This document shows, one piece after another, positions 36,390-48,320 of a stretch of 64,000 nt of DNA. A program made the translations under genes and the position numbers. The stretch's first letter is position 1. Each line of letters begins with the position of its first letter. The notes beneath the pieces are model-generated. The model saw nothing but the letters and a program-made list of their open reading frames with translations, was not told where the DNA came from and ran no database searches. Source of the DNA: an uncultured Nitrososphaeraceae archaeon (GTDB lineage: Archaea > Thermoproteota > Nitrososphaeria > Nitrososphaerales > Nitrososphaeraceae); NCBI GenBank assembly GCA_963837175.1, contig CAWIMJ010000034.1:1-64000 (forward strand), read 5' to 3'.

Positions 36390-37381
36390 GATTGGCTGTC
36401 CTTTTACTGGCAGTCTGCTGTTCACCAAAAGAATTGTGTTGTCCTAAAGGCGACTGCTGTTCAATTAATGAGCCATGGTCTTGCTGTCTTTTTCAGAGAG
36501 TTGCTCTTGTACTCCAGAGGCTCTCACTCCATTGCTTTGCTGTCCTCCTCTAAAACCATGGTGTTGTCCTCATGCTAAAGGCGGCTGCTGTCCAATAGGA
36601 ACGGAATGTTGTGAAGGCTGCCTGCCAAATTGAGTGTCCAGAAGGTACTACAAGGTGTCAGGGTAGGGAATGCTGTAAAGAGTATGAAAGTTGTTGTCCT
36701 GATGGCACATGCGCTTCATACGGCTGTTGTGGGAAAACATGTCCAACTATTGATGACCCTCCCAATTACACAGTTTGCTGTCGTGGTGCATGTCATCCAG
36801 AGGGTTCAGTATGTTGTGGTAGTGATTCTATGTGTTCATCAGATGAGACATGTTGTGCTGATAATCGCTGCGCTCCTCCGGGTAATCCATGCTGCGATAG
36901 TGCACGTGACTGTCCTCCTGATAATCCAGTCTGTTGTGGACACATTTGCCAAGAAGCTGGTACGACAATTTGCATATTTGATGGAAGAGAATTTTGTTGT
37001 CCACCTGGCCGCACCTGTTGTGTAAGTGCGAACCGCTTTGATTGCTGTTCATCGGGTGAGACCTGTTGTGGTGGGGAGTGCTGTTCATCAGATGAATTCT
37101 GTTGTGATGGTAGAATTTGCTGTCCATCGGATGAAATCTGCTGTATTACCGGAAACATACGGTGGTGCTGCCCACCAGATAAAACCTGTTGTGGAACATC
37201 TTGCTGTTCACCGGATGAATTCTGTTGTGGAGAGAGTTTTTGCTGTCGATCAGGATTCAAATGTTGTGGAGGGAAATATTGCTGTCCACCAGATACCAGA
37301 TGCTGTGAGCAAGGCTGCTGTAGGATAACAATATCTGCTGTAGCCCGGAGTAATGATGTGGGCCTAATGGCTGCACCTTAA
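36390..37381 (+). CDS. Cysteine-rich CC-repeat protein, 5-prime truncated or frameshifted
   Basis: About 60 Cys in the 256-aa ORF, mostly CC pairs spaced 3-7 aa apart. Upstream frames from about 36390 are also CC-rich (CCSPKELCCPKGDCC). Confidence 0.7.
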
Positions 37382-37599
37382 TTGCTTAGGAACTTTGCCA
37401 TGTGGATCCATATTTTATTTGCACTTTGAATCTCAAATCTGAATGTACCCTCGGGCCCTACTATTCGTGCTAACTTTTGCTGCTCAACGCGTCGCTTAAC
37501 TCGGTAATAGGTCATTCTGCTTATTTCATGCCCATTTGATTTAAGATAATGAAGAGCTTCATTTTCTCTTAGACGCATAATTGTACAATTCACAATCAT
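37378..37599 (-). CDS. HTH-like protein fragment
   Basis: EALHYLKSNGHEISRMTYYRVK pattern. Likely truncated. Confidence 0.5.
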   Translation of the reverse strand: MIVNCTIMRLRENEALHYLKSNGHEISRMTYYRVKRRVEQQKLARIVGPEGTFRFEIQSANKIWIHMAKFLSN

Positions 37600-37728
37600 T
37601 TTTTAGTATCAGATAGCACGCTCAAAATGATACAAAAAAGTATCAACAATGCACTTAGCTTTATAGGTTATGCATATCTATTTTCCATCGGCAGAGGCAG
37701 GCTTTGATGAAAGAGAAATGGATGGCTT

Positions 37729-37792
37729 TTATAATTATTATTACCTACTTTTACGGGTACTTTTGAGCGTAAATTGTGAATGTATATGGATG
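37729..37792 (+). repeat. About 64-bp direct repeat, copy 1
   Basis: ttataattattattacctacttttacgggtacttttgagcgtaaattgtgaatgtatatggatg. Confidence 0.9.
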
Positions 37793-37878
37793 CTATGTCT
37801 CTCTCCCCCTTCTCAGGGTATATATCACGGCCATCCATTGCCCATATACATTTACTGGGCTTCCTCCAACGACACTGA

Positions 37879-38915
37879 TTGATAGACATTTTTGATATAC
37901 TACAAAATTTAAATAAGTTGTATAATGTATTTGAAAAGAAGCAAAAGACAATGTCAAGTAGAAGAAGAAATACGATTACGACTGCCTATACGGCTACCTT
38001 TGTAGCGAATAATGACAAATTCCCCTCCCTTTCCCATCGTGAGCATTGTGCAGTAAGCAGTAATCAGATTGAAAAGATAGGGCTAAGTCAAGGTCAGCAA
38101 ATTCGCATATTAAGGCCTACAGCAAACGGAACAAAACTTGCACTTTACACAATAACAGATGTGCATAATGGTGATGGCGAGTACTCAGAAGACACTGTAC
38201 TTGTGGGCTATGGAGATCAAGATGATCTTCAGTAGCGTTGCGGCTACCCCTGGGGGAACACTTTTTCAAGGGCGAAATTGATGTTCAGGCCACAGCTGAG
38301 GGTCTTGATGATGATAAGGCAAAAGAAAATAGTGAATTTATTGAACACCTTTGTGACGGCGGCCAAAATACCGGTCTAATCGTCATCGCTCCGCACGGAG
38401 GCGATATCGAAGCACATACAGACGAGCAAGCGCAATATGTTTATGATCAGCTTATTCTTTCATCGTCCTATCGTGTTTCTACATGGATCTGCAAAGGTTT
38501 CAATAAAAGAGAAGACGGTGGCGCCTTTAACCGTTGGCACATTACTTCAATTGATATCAGCGATAAATCATTTCCAAAGCTTAAGACAGTTTATCAGCGC
38601 GGCTTTGAATATGCCGTTGCCTTCCATGGATTTAATGATGAAAAATATCCAAAGTCCGTTTGCATTGGAGGATTAGTGGACAAGACTCTGAAGGAGGATA
38701 TAAAAACGGCCATCAAGAATGAAGACTCTGAGATAGATATATTCATAGATAGCCAGTGCCCAAGAAACATTAACGGTGATAATAAGTATAACATTGTAAA
38801 CCGCCTTAGCACAAATGGTCTGCAAATTGAACAAACTGAGGAGGTTCGGGATGATTTGCGATTTATAATCGCTGATGCAGTTGTCAAAGTCATTGGTCCC
38901 AAGATAAAGGTCTGA
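37879..38915 (+). pseudogene. Second poly-gamma-glutamate hydrolase family gene, broken near 38235
   Basis: IAPHGGDIE, RWHITS, AVAFHG, NIVNRL, GLQIEQ. The N-domain matches 30178 (HREHC, RPTANGT.LALYTI) and both end VIGPKIKV. Confidence 0.85.
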
Positions 38916-38987
38916 CTGCATGTCAATGTTAGATGAGCCGAATAATACTCTATTTACATCAAATGCAAAAAAATTTGTGGATATCTA

Positions 38988-39050
38988 TTATAATTATTAT
39001 TACCTACTTTTACGGTATTTTTGAGCGTAAATTGTGACTGTATATGGATG
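38988..39050 (+). repeat. About 63-bp direct repeat, copy 2, overlapping the integrase ATG
   Basis: ttataattattattacctacttttacggtatttttgagcgtaaattgtgactgtatatggatg. Confidence 0.9.
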
Positions 39051-39964
39051 GCTTAAAAACACTAGTCAACTCTGGTTCATTCGAACCAACCTTTTACAAA
39101 AATATAAACTTGGATGATATGCTCAAATATCTTTTAACTATTCGAAAGCTTGACAACAAACATGTAAAAGACATAGTGAGTTACTTTAGACGTTTCCGAG
39201 ATCTATTCTTTGGACCTCAGCCTGAGGAGATTCTCAAATTCAGCCCACCTAAAAGAGGATGGATTATACAAGCTATGCGTCATTTCGGTAACTATTATTA
39301 TTATAAAACTAATAATCCAGAATGTAAAGAACTGATTGAGAAAATTATCAATCGATATGGACTAAATATTGGTTTGGATATGCATCAAAGGATTTACATT
39401 GTAGATGACAACTTCGTTAGTAATAATGTTAAGGTTCTTCTGGCAATTCAAGGTGATATAGGTCAAACAGTCAAAGTTGGCTTGTTCACTGGTTTAAGAG
39501 AGGATGAAATTATCTACATTCATAATAAAGAACTATATAGTAATCTCGGAGGTTGTTCTTGTAATAAACTCCATGCAGTCACCAAACCAAATGGTCTAAC
39601 TGTTGTTGTCATCAATTGGTTTAGGGGTCACAAAAAATGCTATTTCACTATTTTACCAACCATCATGCGGGAGCAATTCAGAAACATTCCAAACTTCACT
39701 CATGTAGATATTGATATTGCTCATAAACTTACAAAGAAAATTGCTAATCTTATGTTTGTAGAATTAAGAAAACTACACTATAATGTCATGAGAAGAGTCA
39801 TGGATATGAATGAGGCTGATATCTTGGCTGGTCGTGCTAAATCAGTTTCTGCTAAACATTATGCTATGTATGAGTTGGATAAACTTACAGAGGCTTATGC
39901 TCAGGCATGGAATAAATTTGGAGTAAATATCTCTGAATCAGATGAAATCAACTATAGCATATGA
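39044..39964 (+). CDS. Archaeal (SSV-type) tyrosine recombinase/integrase
   Basis: TGLREDE (Arg I), RGHKK, LRKLH, LAGR and KHY (catalytic Tyr). Confidence 0.88.
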   Translation: MDGLKTLVNSGSFEPTFYKNINLDDMLKYLLTIRKLDNKHVKDIVSYFRRFRDLFFGPQPEEILKFSPPKRGWIIQAMRHFGNYYYYKTNNPECKELIEKIINRYGLNIGLDMHQRIYIVDDNFVSNNVKVLLAIQGDIGQTVKVGLFTGLREDEIIYIHNKELYSNLGGCSCNKLHAVTKPNGLTVVVINWFRGHKKCYFTILPTIMREQFRNIPNFTHVDIDIAHKLTKKIANLMFVELRKLHYNVMRRVMDMNEADILAGRAKSVSAKHYAMYELDKLTEAYAQAWNKFGVNISESDEINYSI

Positions 39965-40677
39965 ATATTAATAATTATTTTTCTTGGCGTGCATATATCG
40001 TAGTTGATACTTATAATCATATCATAGCCATGCATAACCTCATATACTTACCATAATATTCTCCAGAATAAGGGGTAAGAAAACAATTGAAAAGGTGAAT
40101 CCAGCTAATGTTTGGGAAAGCGCTGCTAAAAATTTGAGTCTATAGAAGGTGTATACATATCAGCAGCTTTATTATACTAAATGCTTTAAGTAAATCAAAA
40201 GAACCATTAAGCACAACTCAAATATCAGAAAAAATTGCAATTAATTCACGGGGTCAGTTATTCAAAGTTTCTGGAGCGCTCAAAGAAACCGACAAATACA
40301 ATAATCTTATAGTATGTAATGCGTCATCATCAACAGGTATACCATCCCAACAATTACCATTAATGCATATTGAGGATTATAAAGATATGATATTAGATGA
40401 ATCTAAAAGGCTTTATGATAGACTATTGAAACATTTTACAAATAGTATTATGGATAATGCTCCCGACAAGCCTTCTTTATCCGACCCCAAATTGTCATCC
40501 ACATTCCCTAGGCCATCAAATCGGGGTAATACATACAGAATAGAATAGAAGAACATGGAAGTTCTCATAATAGTGAAGATGATATTGCTGATTGATTTAA
40601 TAATTGCGTTGGTTAATTTTGAAATATCCATAACTTAATTTTGTAGTGATTGTAGTAAAGTAAGATCCTTCCATCTA

Positions 40678-40789
40678 TACTCACTAACAAAAGTTCGTTT
40701 ACAGATTTTTCTTAATATGTAAGGTTTACTATGCTTAAAAAATCCTTTTACTTGGTTTTAAAAGATATACGAAATTATGTTAGGCAGTA
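40678..40789. mobile_element. 112-bp IS630-type MITE, inverted relative to 34775-34886
   Basis: tactcactaacaaaagttcg...cgaaattatgttaggcagta with TA flanks. Confidence 0.85.
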
Positions 40790-41577
40790 TACTTTTAGAT
40801 GCATGTATCCAAATTTCAGAAAATAGGCATTATTGCGTAGTTTCTAATAATACTAGTATTAACACGCTGTTGATTTCAGTTATGTCAAGCAAGAATACCT
40901 ATGAAGGACATGACTAGATTATAATATAACTTATTCAGTTTAATCCATTCTTGACAGTCCATTTAGAGAAAAGAGTGTAGAAGGGATTCAGCATTTGATT
41001 ACATTAAAATCAATAAAAGGAAACTGTTATACATCTATTATAATCTCTCTTGCATATTAAACACAGAACCAATTCATATGTAAAGGAGGAAGACCTATAA
41101 AATCTCACAATAAGATCCAATCGTGTCAGAAGATTTTGAATTCCACCTTGCAAAGGGCAAAATAAAAGAAGAACAATCAATCGATGTATGTGTAAGAGCA
41201 GGGATTGGATTTAGTGATTACAAGACGCTAACTAGTATATCCCAAATACAATTCAAGTGAACTTTATATTGCCATAAAAATTGTTTTCTTTGTTTGCATA
41301 TGCGTATATACTATAGTGTGGTTCTAGTAAATACAATTGTTGGACAAATATGAAATAAGATTTTTATTTTTCTATTATAGAGCAGAATTTAATTTTAGAA
41401 CGTCATCTTTTATACAGGACTTCTCTTGCTGACATCAGTTTGATTAACATTTTCTAATTTATTTATACATTAATTGCACTAATCAATCGATCATGGACTA
41501 ACTCATAAAATGTAGAACCAGAGCGTTTTTCTTTTCTAATCAAATAATATTTATTTTCTAAAATATCAATTAGTCTA

Positions 41578-44386
41578 TCAAGCTTCTCCTGGTAAATTGC
41601 GGAGCAATATCTTACTAAGATCTCTTTTTAAAGATCCAAAAAAGGTTGGATCAAAACGTTCCATAATCGGCTTCATAAAATCTTTATTATCAATACGAAT
41701 TGATGTTTTTGTCGTTGCTTTTTTACCGTTTTTGATCCCTATAAAAAGAGATTCTACTTGAAATTCTGGTGCTTTAGGCATAGTTACTACACATATATTG
41801 TTCTGGTGTACAAGCGTATCTTTTCCCAAGTCTCCTGACAAATCTGCAGTATTCATTCCTAACGCAATAATTGCTTTTGAATCTTTAACAGTATATTGCA
41901 TCCTACTTTCAGGCGCAATCGTTTCCGTAAGGTGACCAGCGAAACCTGCAATTTTTTCTACAGCGTTTCTTAATACTGGTTTGACGTTTTTGATTGGACT
42001 ACAAGTTATCTGAATTACTGGAATTTTCTCAAATTTTTTGTTTTCCGCATCATCAATAGATCTAGCGAACGCGTATCCTCCGTAGATAACCGAACTGTAG
42101 TGAACATCTCCTGAAAAAATCACTACGGCGAAAGGATTGAAATTTTCTTTCAGCCACTCCATCAGAGAAGCTCGCTGGCTTGGATTGTTATCGAATAGTT
42201 CCCAGTCGCCTGGATATCTTGCTTCAGGATAAGGATAAGTTGCATCTTGGCCAATAAGGTGAAACGGATGTCCAAAAAAGGGAGTTGGCAGTCCCATTAA
42301 TAAAACAGTGTTTCTGGCAAACTTATGTTTAACTAGCAGGTCCTTAAGTTTTTGCCTCACCTTTGGGCCAGTAAGATTTGCTGATTTGTTGTCTGCGGAT
42401 TGTTTGATATCATATTTAAATCTTGCATATATTTTAGCAATTTGTTCTTTAAGCATAGAACTATAATCTTTACATTTTCTATCAGGTAGAGGAGGATCAA
42501 CAACAGGAAATTCACGAAGTGTTCTAGTGTCAACACAAAGGGCTTTTGGGTTCGAAGCGACCATGAATGACCAGTGTCTTGATAAAATTGCTTTATAGAA
42601 GGATTCGGCATTAGCACCTGGTTTTCCGTTATTTATCATAAGATCATTCAGATGATTTAACATTGATTGTTTGAATGTCTCCTCAAACGTATTTGGATCA
42701 TTTCCCCATCCTTGGAAGATCATGAATGCCGTCAATGCATTTGCAATTATCTGTCTGCCAGGTTGAGTACTTTTTTGTGGTTCTCTCCCACAACGCATCT
42801 AGATTCCGATCATCCGTAACATCATGATCGTCGAAAATCATATAAGTTGCACAATTCGCCATAACCCGACGGCATGCACCTACGTAAAGGGAATAATCCC
42901 AAAGTGTAGGATAACCGTATATCCGAAGTGTAGGATAACCGCCTATTATACGTTTTTTGATTTCATCATCTCTTATACAATATTTATCCCAAAGCTCTTT
43001 AGACCAGACTAGCAAGTACATAGATGCATATTCTGGGAAAGAAAGCAAATGAGCCTCACCATCGTCAGTTGAAAATCCAAACTGACTCGTGGAGTAGTGA
43101 GTTAGATGTTTTCGCCTTGAATATTTTTTAATATCACATTTATCATCGTCTCTCAGGTTATTAGCTGGAATTTCATTCGTTGGAGTAAATTTCCCACCAA
43201 GATTGATCTCCTCATTATAGCCGAAAATATCATAACTAAGTTTTTGAATAGCATGAAAAAGCGGAAGAGCTGCATCATCTGCATATATTTGATCTCCAGT
43301 TAGTATGAGACTTGCTGGTCTTTCATATGTGAGTTTTCTCTTTTCATACATCCAATCATCGAATACTCCAAAAGCGTCCTTCATGGAATCTGGATACTCC
43401 AAATCACCTGACCCTGGACGACGGCAAGAGCCATGTGCTATACTGGTATTTTTCTCCCCTATTATTAGAGTAGGTAGTTGAAATGGTATATAATTTATAG
43501 CTAATTTTAGATCAGAAAGTTTTCTATGTTCAGGTATTTTGTTATAAAACTGAAATTCCACATCATATCCTATTATAGTATCTGTTGGAAATGATCCCTC
43601 TAGTGGATTGACCTCAAATAAGGCCACCCAGAAATTCTTTCCTAACTGCCTAATTATCGTTGTTGGTCTGCTTAAAGGAATCTTATTTAAAATTTTACCT
43701 TCACTATCATAACGAAACATGGTGGTGTATATACCAATTATCTTCTCATTGAGGGCAATCCAAAACCAGACGGAAGTTTTTGTGGCCCTGCGAACTATGG
43801 GGCCAGCAAGCACCAGCGGAAGGTCTTTACTCGGAAAAGAAGGATCCTGAGGCTTAAGAACCGGTGGAGCTATAGGCCCTCTAGAAATTTTGGATCTTTC
43901 GCTCATTACTTTATCACGGAGCTGAAGCCAAAGCGTTTGTAAAGGACAATCTTTAGGATTTTTAGGGTTTGGTACGAGATTATTATTACCTATTAATTTT
44001 CTAAATCTCTGGTTTACTTCTTGTGCAACTTTGGTACACTCTTGTGGCGGGAGGGCTTGGTAAAGCTTTGCCCAGTTTCCAGGTACATACGGTTTTCCTT
44101 TAGTTAATCTATTAGCTATTTCATGTGGTGTTTCATATTCAGTATACTGAATAATTCTAAATGGACTTACTGATTCTGACGAGGCTTCAAAGGGATTAGC
44201 TTCTGACTGCAGAGATGTAGACTCACTTAAATCTCGTATAGGAGAAGTGTAAGATTCTTGTTTAGTCTGCAGCATGTGAATATTAAAAGGACTTTCTGAT
44301 TCTGATTCTGATTCTGATTCTTCTACTGTCCTATTGTTATTATTCCCAAAACTATTATAACTAGGTCTAAAAGGCTCTTTGACCAT
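41578..44386 (-). CDS. Acidic-leader PhoD-like metallophosphatase, split by a +1 A near 42772
   Basis: LAGPIVRR, HGSCRRP, LTGDQIYADD, MIFDDHDVTDD, FQGWGN, FSGDVHYS. N-terminal RPSY, ESESESESESPF and SPFRIIQY. Confidence 0.85.
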
Positions 44387-45399
44387 AAAGGAACCTTAGG
44401 GTTGAAGTATTTGAATTTTTTCCTATAGGAGAATAAACATGAATTAAAGGCTCTAACTTCAGTTGCTAATCGACAATCATATAATTAAATAATACAAAAT
44501 ATTTTTCTTGTTACGCAGGATAGTTTATCAATGCATTGTTGCATAACTCATTAATCTCTATGCGGCATTGCATTTTGAAGCTATTTTCTTGTAATAAATG
44601 TATTGTCACTAAAACAGCTCAAGCACAAGAGATGGAAACATGGGAAATAATTATGAAGATAGATGGATTATGGCAGAAACGGTATTTTCTTTTTTTAAAA
44701 GGATGTTTTTTGGAGAATATGTATCAGCAAAAAAATATACCCAAACAGGATAAATGAAATACTCCTAAAAGCATCGCATTGTATAATGCATTTATCTTCA
44801 TAAAATAATTAATTACATAAACACATGAGTTAACATGTTAGGTTATGCAATAGAGAGAACACAACAAAACTATTTCAGTCAATACATTATGTAATAGGAT
44901 GGGCATATTGTAATTGTATTTGCGCTTTTCCTTTATTAGAAGGTCAATCTGTGTATGTAATATATTATTATTATGCTGCATATCAAAATCTCATGGATTA
45001 TCCATTCGTCTTCAATATTTTCAATAAGCGTATCTAATCTATTCATTGCTACCTTTAATAGAAGTATTGATTTATCGATTACTCTTTGAGCCTTTTGAAT
45101 ATGGTTTGGCTCTTGAGTTTGATAAAATGAATAGTTATTAGTGTATTCTGCTTCATGATCATCACCATCATCATTGACTTTTAGTATTTCACGCGTCTCC
45201 TTTACTGATAAATGTCTTCTAGATGTTAATTTGCAAATTCTGATTGTTTGGACTTGTCTTTGATAGAACACAGTTCTTCTGCTATACTTGTACCTATAAT
45301 AGACTCTGTAATTGAGTCAAGTAAATCATAAGAAAGCTCTAGTAATCTTATCTGTTTAAAATATCAGCATCACAAAGAAAGAGAATCAAAAAGAGTCAT

Positions 45400-46570
45400 A
45401 CAAGAAGTACAAAGGCATAACAGTCTTGAACATGTCAGAGGTCTTCATTGTGATGTCTACTTGTTTGATGTCACAAACCTTTATCCTATAATGATAATAA
45501 TAAAGTATAACCTATCCCCGAAACTATCAATTGCTCCTGCTGTACGAATAATCTAAAGACTAAGAAAATGTTAGACTAGAAATCCTACAAGATTGTAAGC
45601 ATATTCCTAAAGAAGGATCTTATTGGATATATCAGCAAAGAAAAGGTTTATTTGCAAAAATATTGTCAGAGATAACAGAGCAGCGTATCAAATACAACAA
45701 CGCTGGTTTGGAAGTTGAAAGCCAAGCAATAAAAGCAATCATAAATTCAAGATACGGTGTATTTGGTTACCTTATTTCAAATACTATGATCCAATAGTTG
45801 CAGAATTGGTAACAGCATTTGGTAGATATATACATTAACCAAGATTTAAGATGTAGCTCATGGTCTTGTATTTAGCATTCTCTATGGAGATACAGACTCA
45901 TTATTTGTAAATAATGTAAAGAAGGCAGGCGCCAACAACTTCATCTCTGAATGTAAATCAAAATTAGGAATTGAGGTAGGACATGAGAGAACCTTTAGCA
46001 AATTAATCTTAGTTGGCAAGAAGCATTACGTTGGAATATTGTCTGACCTTAAAAAGAATCTATTATTAAAGAAATGGAAGGCATCAAATCAGATAGACCA
46101 GAATTTATTCATAGAGTCTTCAAACAACTAGTAAATGATATCAAATGTGGTAACCAGCCTATTCCAAAATTAAAGCAAGCATTACAGGAACTTAATGACA
46201 GAAGTATTCCTCCAGAGTTGCTAACAATATCTTTGGTATTGCGTAAAAGTCCAGAAGACTATGAACATACTTGCAAGCAAAGCAGATTAGGTACAAAACA
46301 GAGATTATGTAAAGATGATACTCTTGTTTATTACAAATCTCATATAAAGCAGGCCGTTTATGATAAACAAAGACAAAGCAGCAGATATTTTAAGTTGTTT
46401 CTGAATCTTATAGTCCTAATGACATCAGTTATGTAAAATACAAAGAAATGCTTTTGAATGCTGTTAAGGATATGCTGGAAGTTTTAGGCTATGATATTGA
46501 AAAGGATTTACTATTATCCAAGAAAAAACTGATGGATGGCGGTTATTTTAAAGATAGGCTAAATAATTGA
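45400..46570 (+). pseudogene. Family B DNA polymerase relic (C-terminal half)
   Basis: YLFDVTNLYP (motif A), KAIINSRYG (motif B), LYGDTDSLF (motif C), KKHYVG and EGIKSDRP in broken frames. Confidence 0.85.
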
Positions 46571-46748
46571 GTATAAGAATCTATCAGGTTAAAGCAGAGA
46601 ATAATAATAATATCTCTCAAAATCATAGAAAGCAATTAGTATCACAAGGACTTGATCTTATCTTATCTCATCTCATCTCTTCTCTTTTTACTACGATAAG
46701 CCAACAACGATTATTCCCTAGAAAGATATAATGACCAAATACTCCAAA

Positions 46749-47400
46749 GGAGCTCTTCATTTACCGATATGATTATAGCTTGAAAACTATTCCTTATAAT
46801 TATGTCGAAAAGAACGTCTTTAGGTTATATCTATTATGCTTTAAAATTATATTCGTCTGGTCTTTCTCTTCGAAAAAGATCTAGGCAGCAGTTATCTATG
46901 CTAATTAAACGAAACCATTTTCTATTTGGAATTGGATTCAGAAATACAAGCCAAAGAAACTATTACAAAACAAAAAGAAGAAAATACAAGATTTATCATA
47001 GATGAAACACTCATTAAAGTTAACAGCGACTATGTTTGGATTTGGATATCAATCGAACCCACTTACAAAACAAATCTTAGCATACGCACTTCATTTGAAA
47101 GAAATATGCTTGTAGCAGAGCAATTTTAAAAATCTTGGTAAAGAATTATGGAAAGTATCCAGTATCAACAGATGATGAAACATGGTATCAATTACAAGCA
47201 TGTAATTTTCTAAAAATAAAGCATCATCTACATTTGCCATATGAAAAAAGTATCATAGAAAGAACCATCCAATACATTAAAGATATAACTGAATACTTTG
47301 ATGATGATTATTTTCCATGTAGAAAAAGCAACTGTAAATTAGGACATATTGTGCATTGGCTAAATTTGTTAGTAGATATGCACAATGAGATGATTCTAGA
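46749..47400 (+). mobile_element. Degenerate IS6-family element lacking its second end
   Basis: ORFs 46802, 46926 and 47135 contain SGLSLR, FIIDET, WIWISIEP, VSTD and IERTIQYIKD. Degenerate IR at 46749. Confidence 0.85.
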
Positions 47401-47401
47401 A

Positions 47402-48320
47402 ATGCGGGAAAGATATGGCAGAAAAGCCATTTACATACAGATGGTGCTGTTAGATGGTACAATAATTCACGTAAATACATTAGGATAAAACACCTTGTCT
47501 ATGAATACTGGATTTAGGAACTTGATAATGGAAAGATTTGTACAACCAATAAAGGATAAGATAGAAACAATGTTTTGATGATCACTTTTCCCGTACAAAA
47601 GCGATAGAGGCGGAACAGATATTACAAATGCCTCTGTAAAGATCTATTGGAGCCAATGTATCCTTGTTGTACATTCAGTAATTGTTGTAAATGGATCAAA
47701 GAAGGATAAGTAGAAGAATTCAATTGAATTCTAAAGCATAGAGACAAAGAACTTTATATACTTAACCTTTGTGATAAAATTGTAAAGTCAAAAGCGATAT
47801 TAATTGGAACAATGGCAATTCTAGCAATTTTCGTGGGAACCTCCGCTTTTTCAAATAGTAGTGCATACGCAGCGTCCATACATGTGGCATATGCAGCTCC
47901 GCCTAGCCAAAATCCAGCACCATCTGACGGAACCTCGTTGGTTTATGCAATAATAAATAACAATATTATAGATTTTACTGAAGTAGTTGCTGATGATGCG
48001 TTCGGCCATTCTATAGGATGGGATCCAAATGGAGTGGATACATTTTTCACAGTAGACGTACTTTTTTTTACCAGTAGTAATTCAGTAATTGCGTAAGCAC
48101 AAATGATCCTTTTAATATTAATGTCTGTGGCGTAAATCTTGTTATTCCTGTTGGTTTAGAGGCAAATATTACAAAGTCTATGAACACGACAGCATCCAAA
48201 TAATTTTCTTCCTTTTTTCTTTGATTAATATATGTTAAGCAATTATAAAAATATAAATTCCTCTTCTTCTATTCTCCAAATCTATTTTACGTCTAAAGCA
48301 TTTATATTGTATTATTAGTT
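47402..48320 (+). repeat. Duplicate of 31927-33958 without the IS630
   Basis: Direct comparison. Empty site gtgctgtTAgatggtac. Confidence 0.9.
47782..48203 (+). pseudogene. Degraded copy of the 33420-33839 secreted protein
   Basis: Start GTG changed to GTA and a frameshift near 48093. Confidence 0.75.

Noticed and set aside
36630-37328. Alternative-frame and antisense ORFs over the Cys-rich gene
   Set aside because: They are by-products of repeated TGT/TGC codons.
37729-39050. tRNA-derived att site for the integrase
   Set aside because: The repeats show no T-loop or acceptor stem, and I found no tRNA or rRNA in the window.
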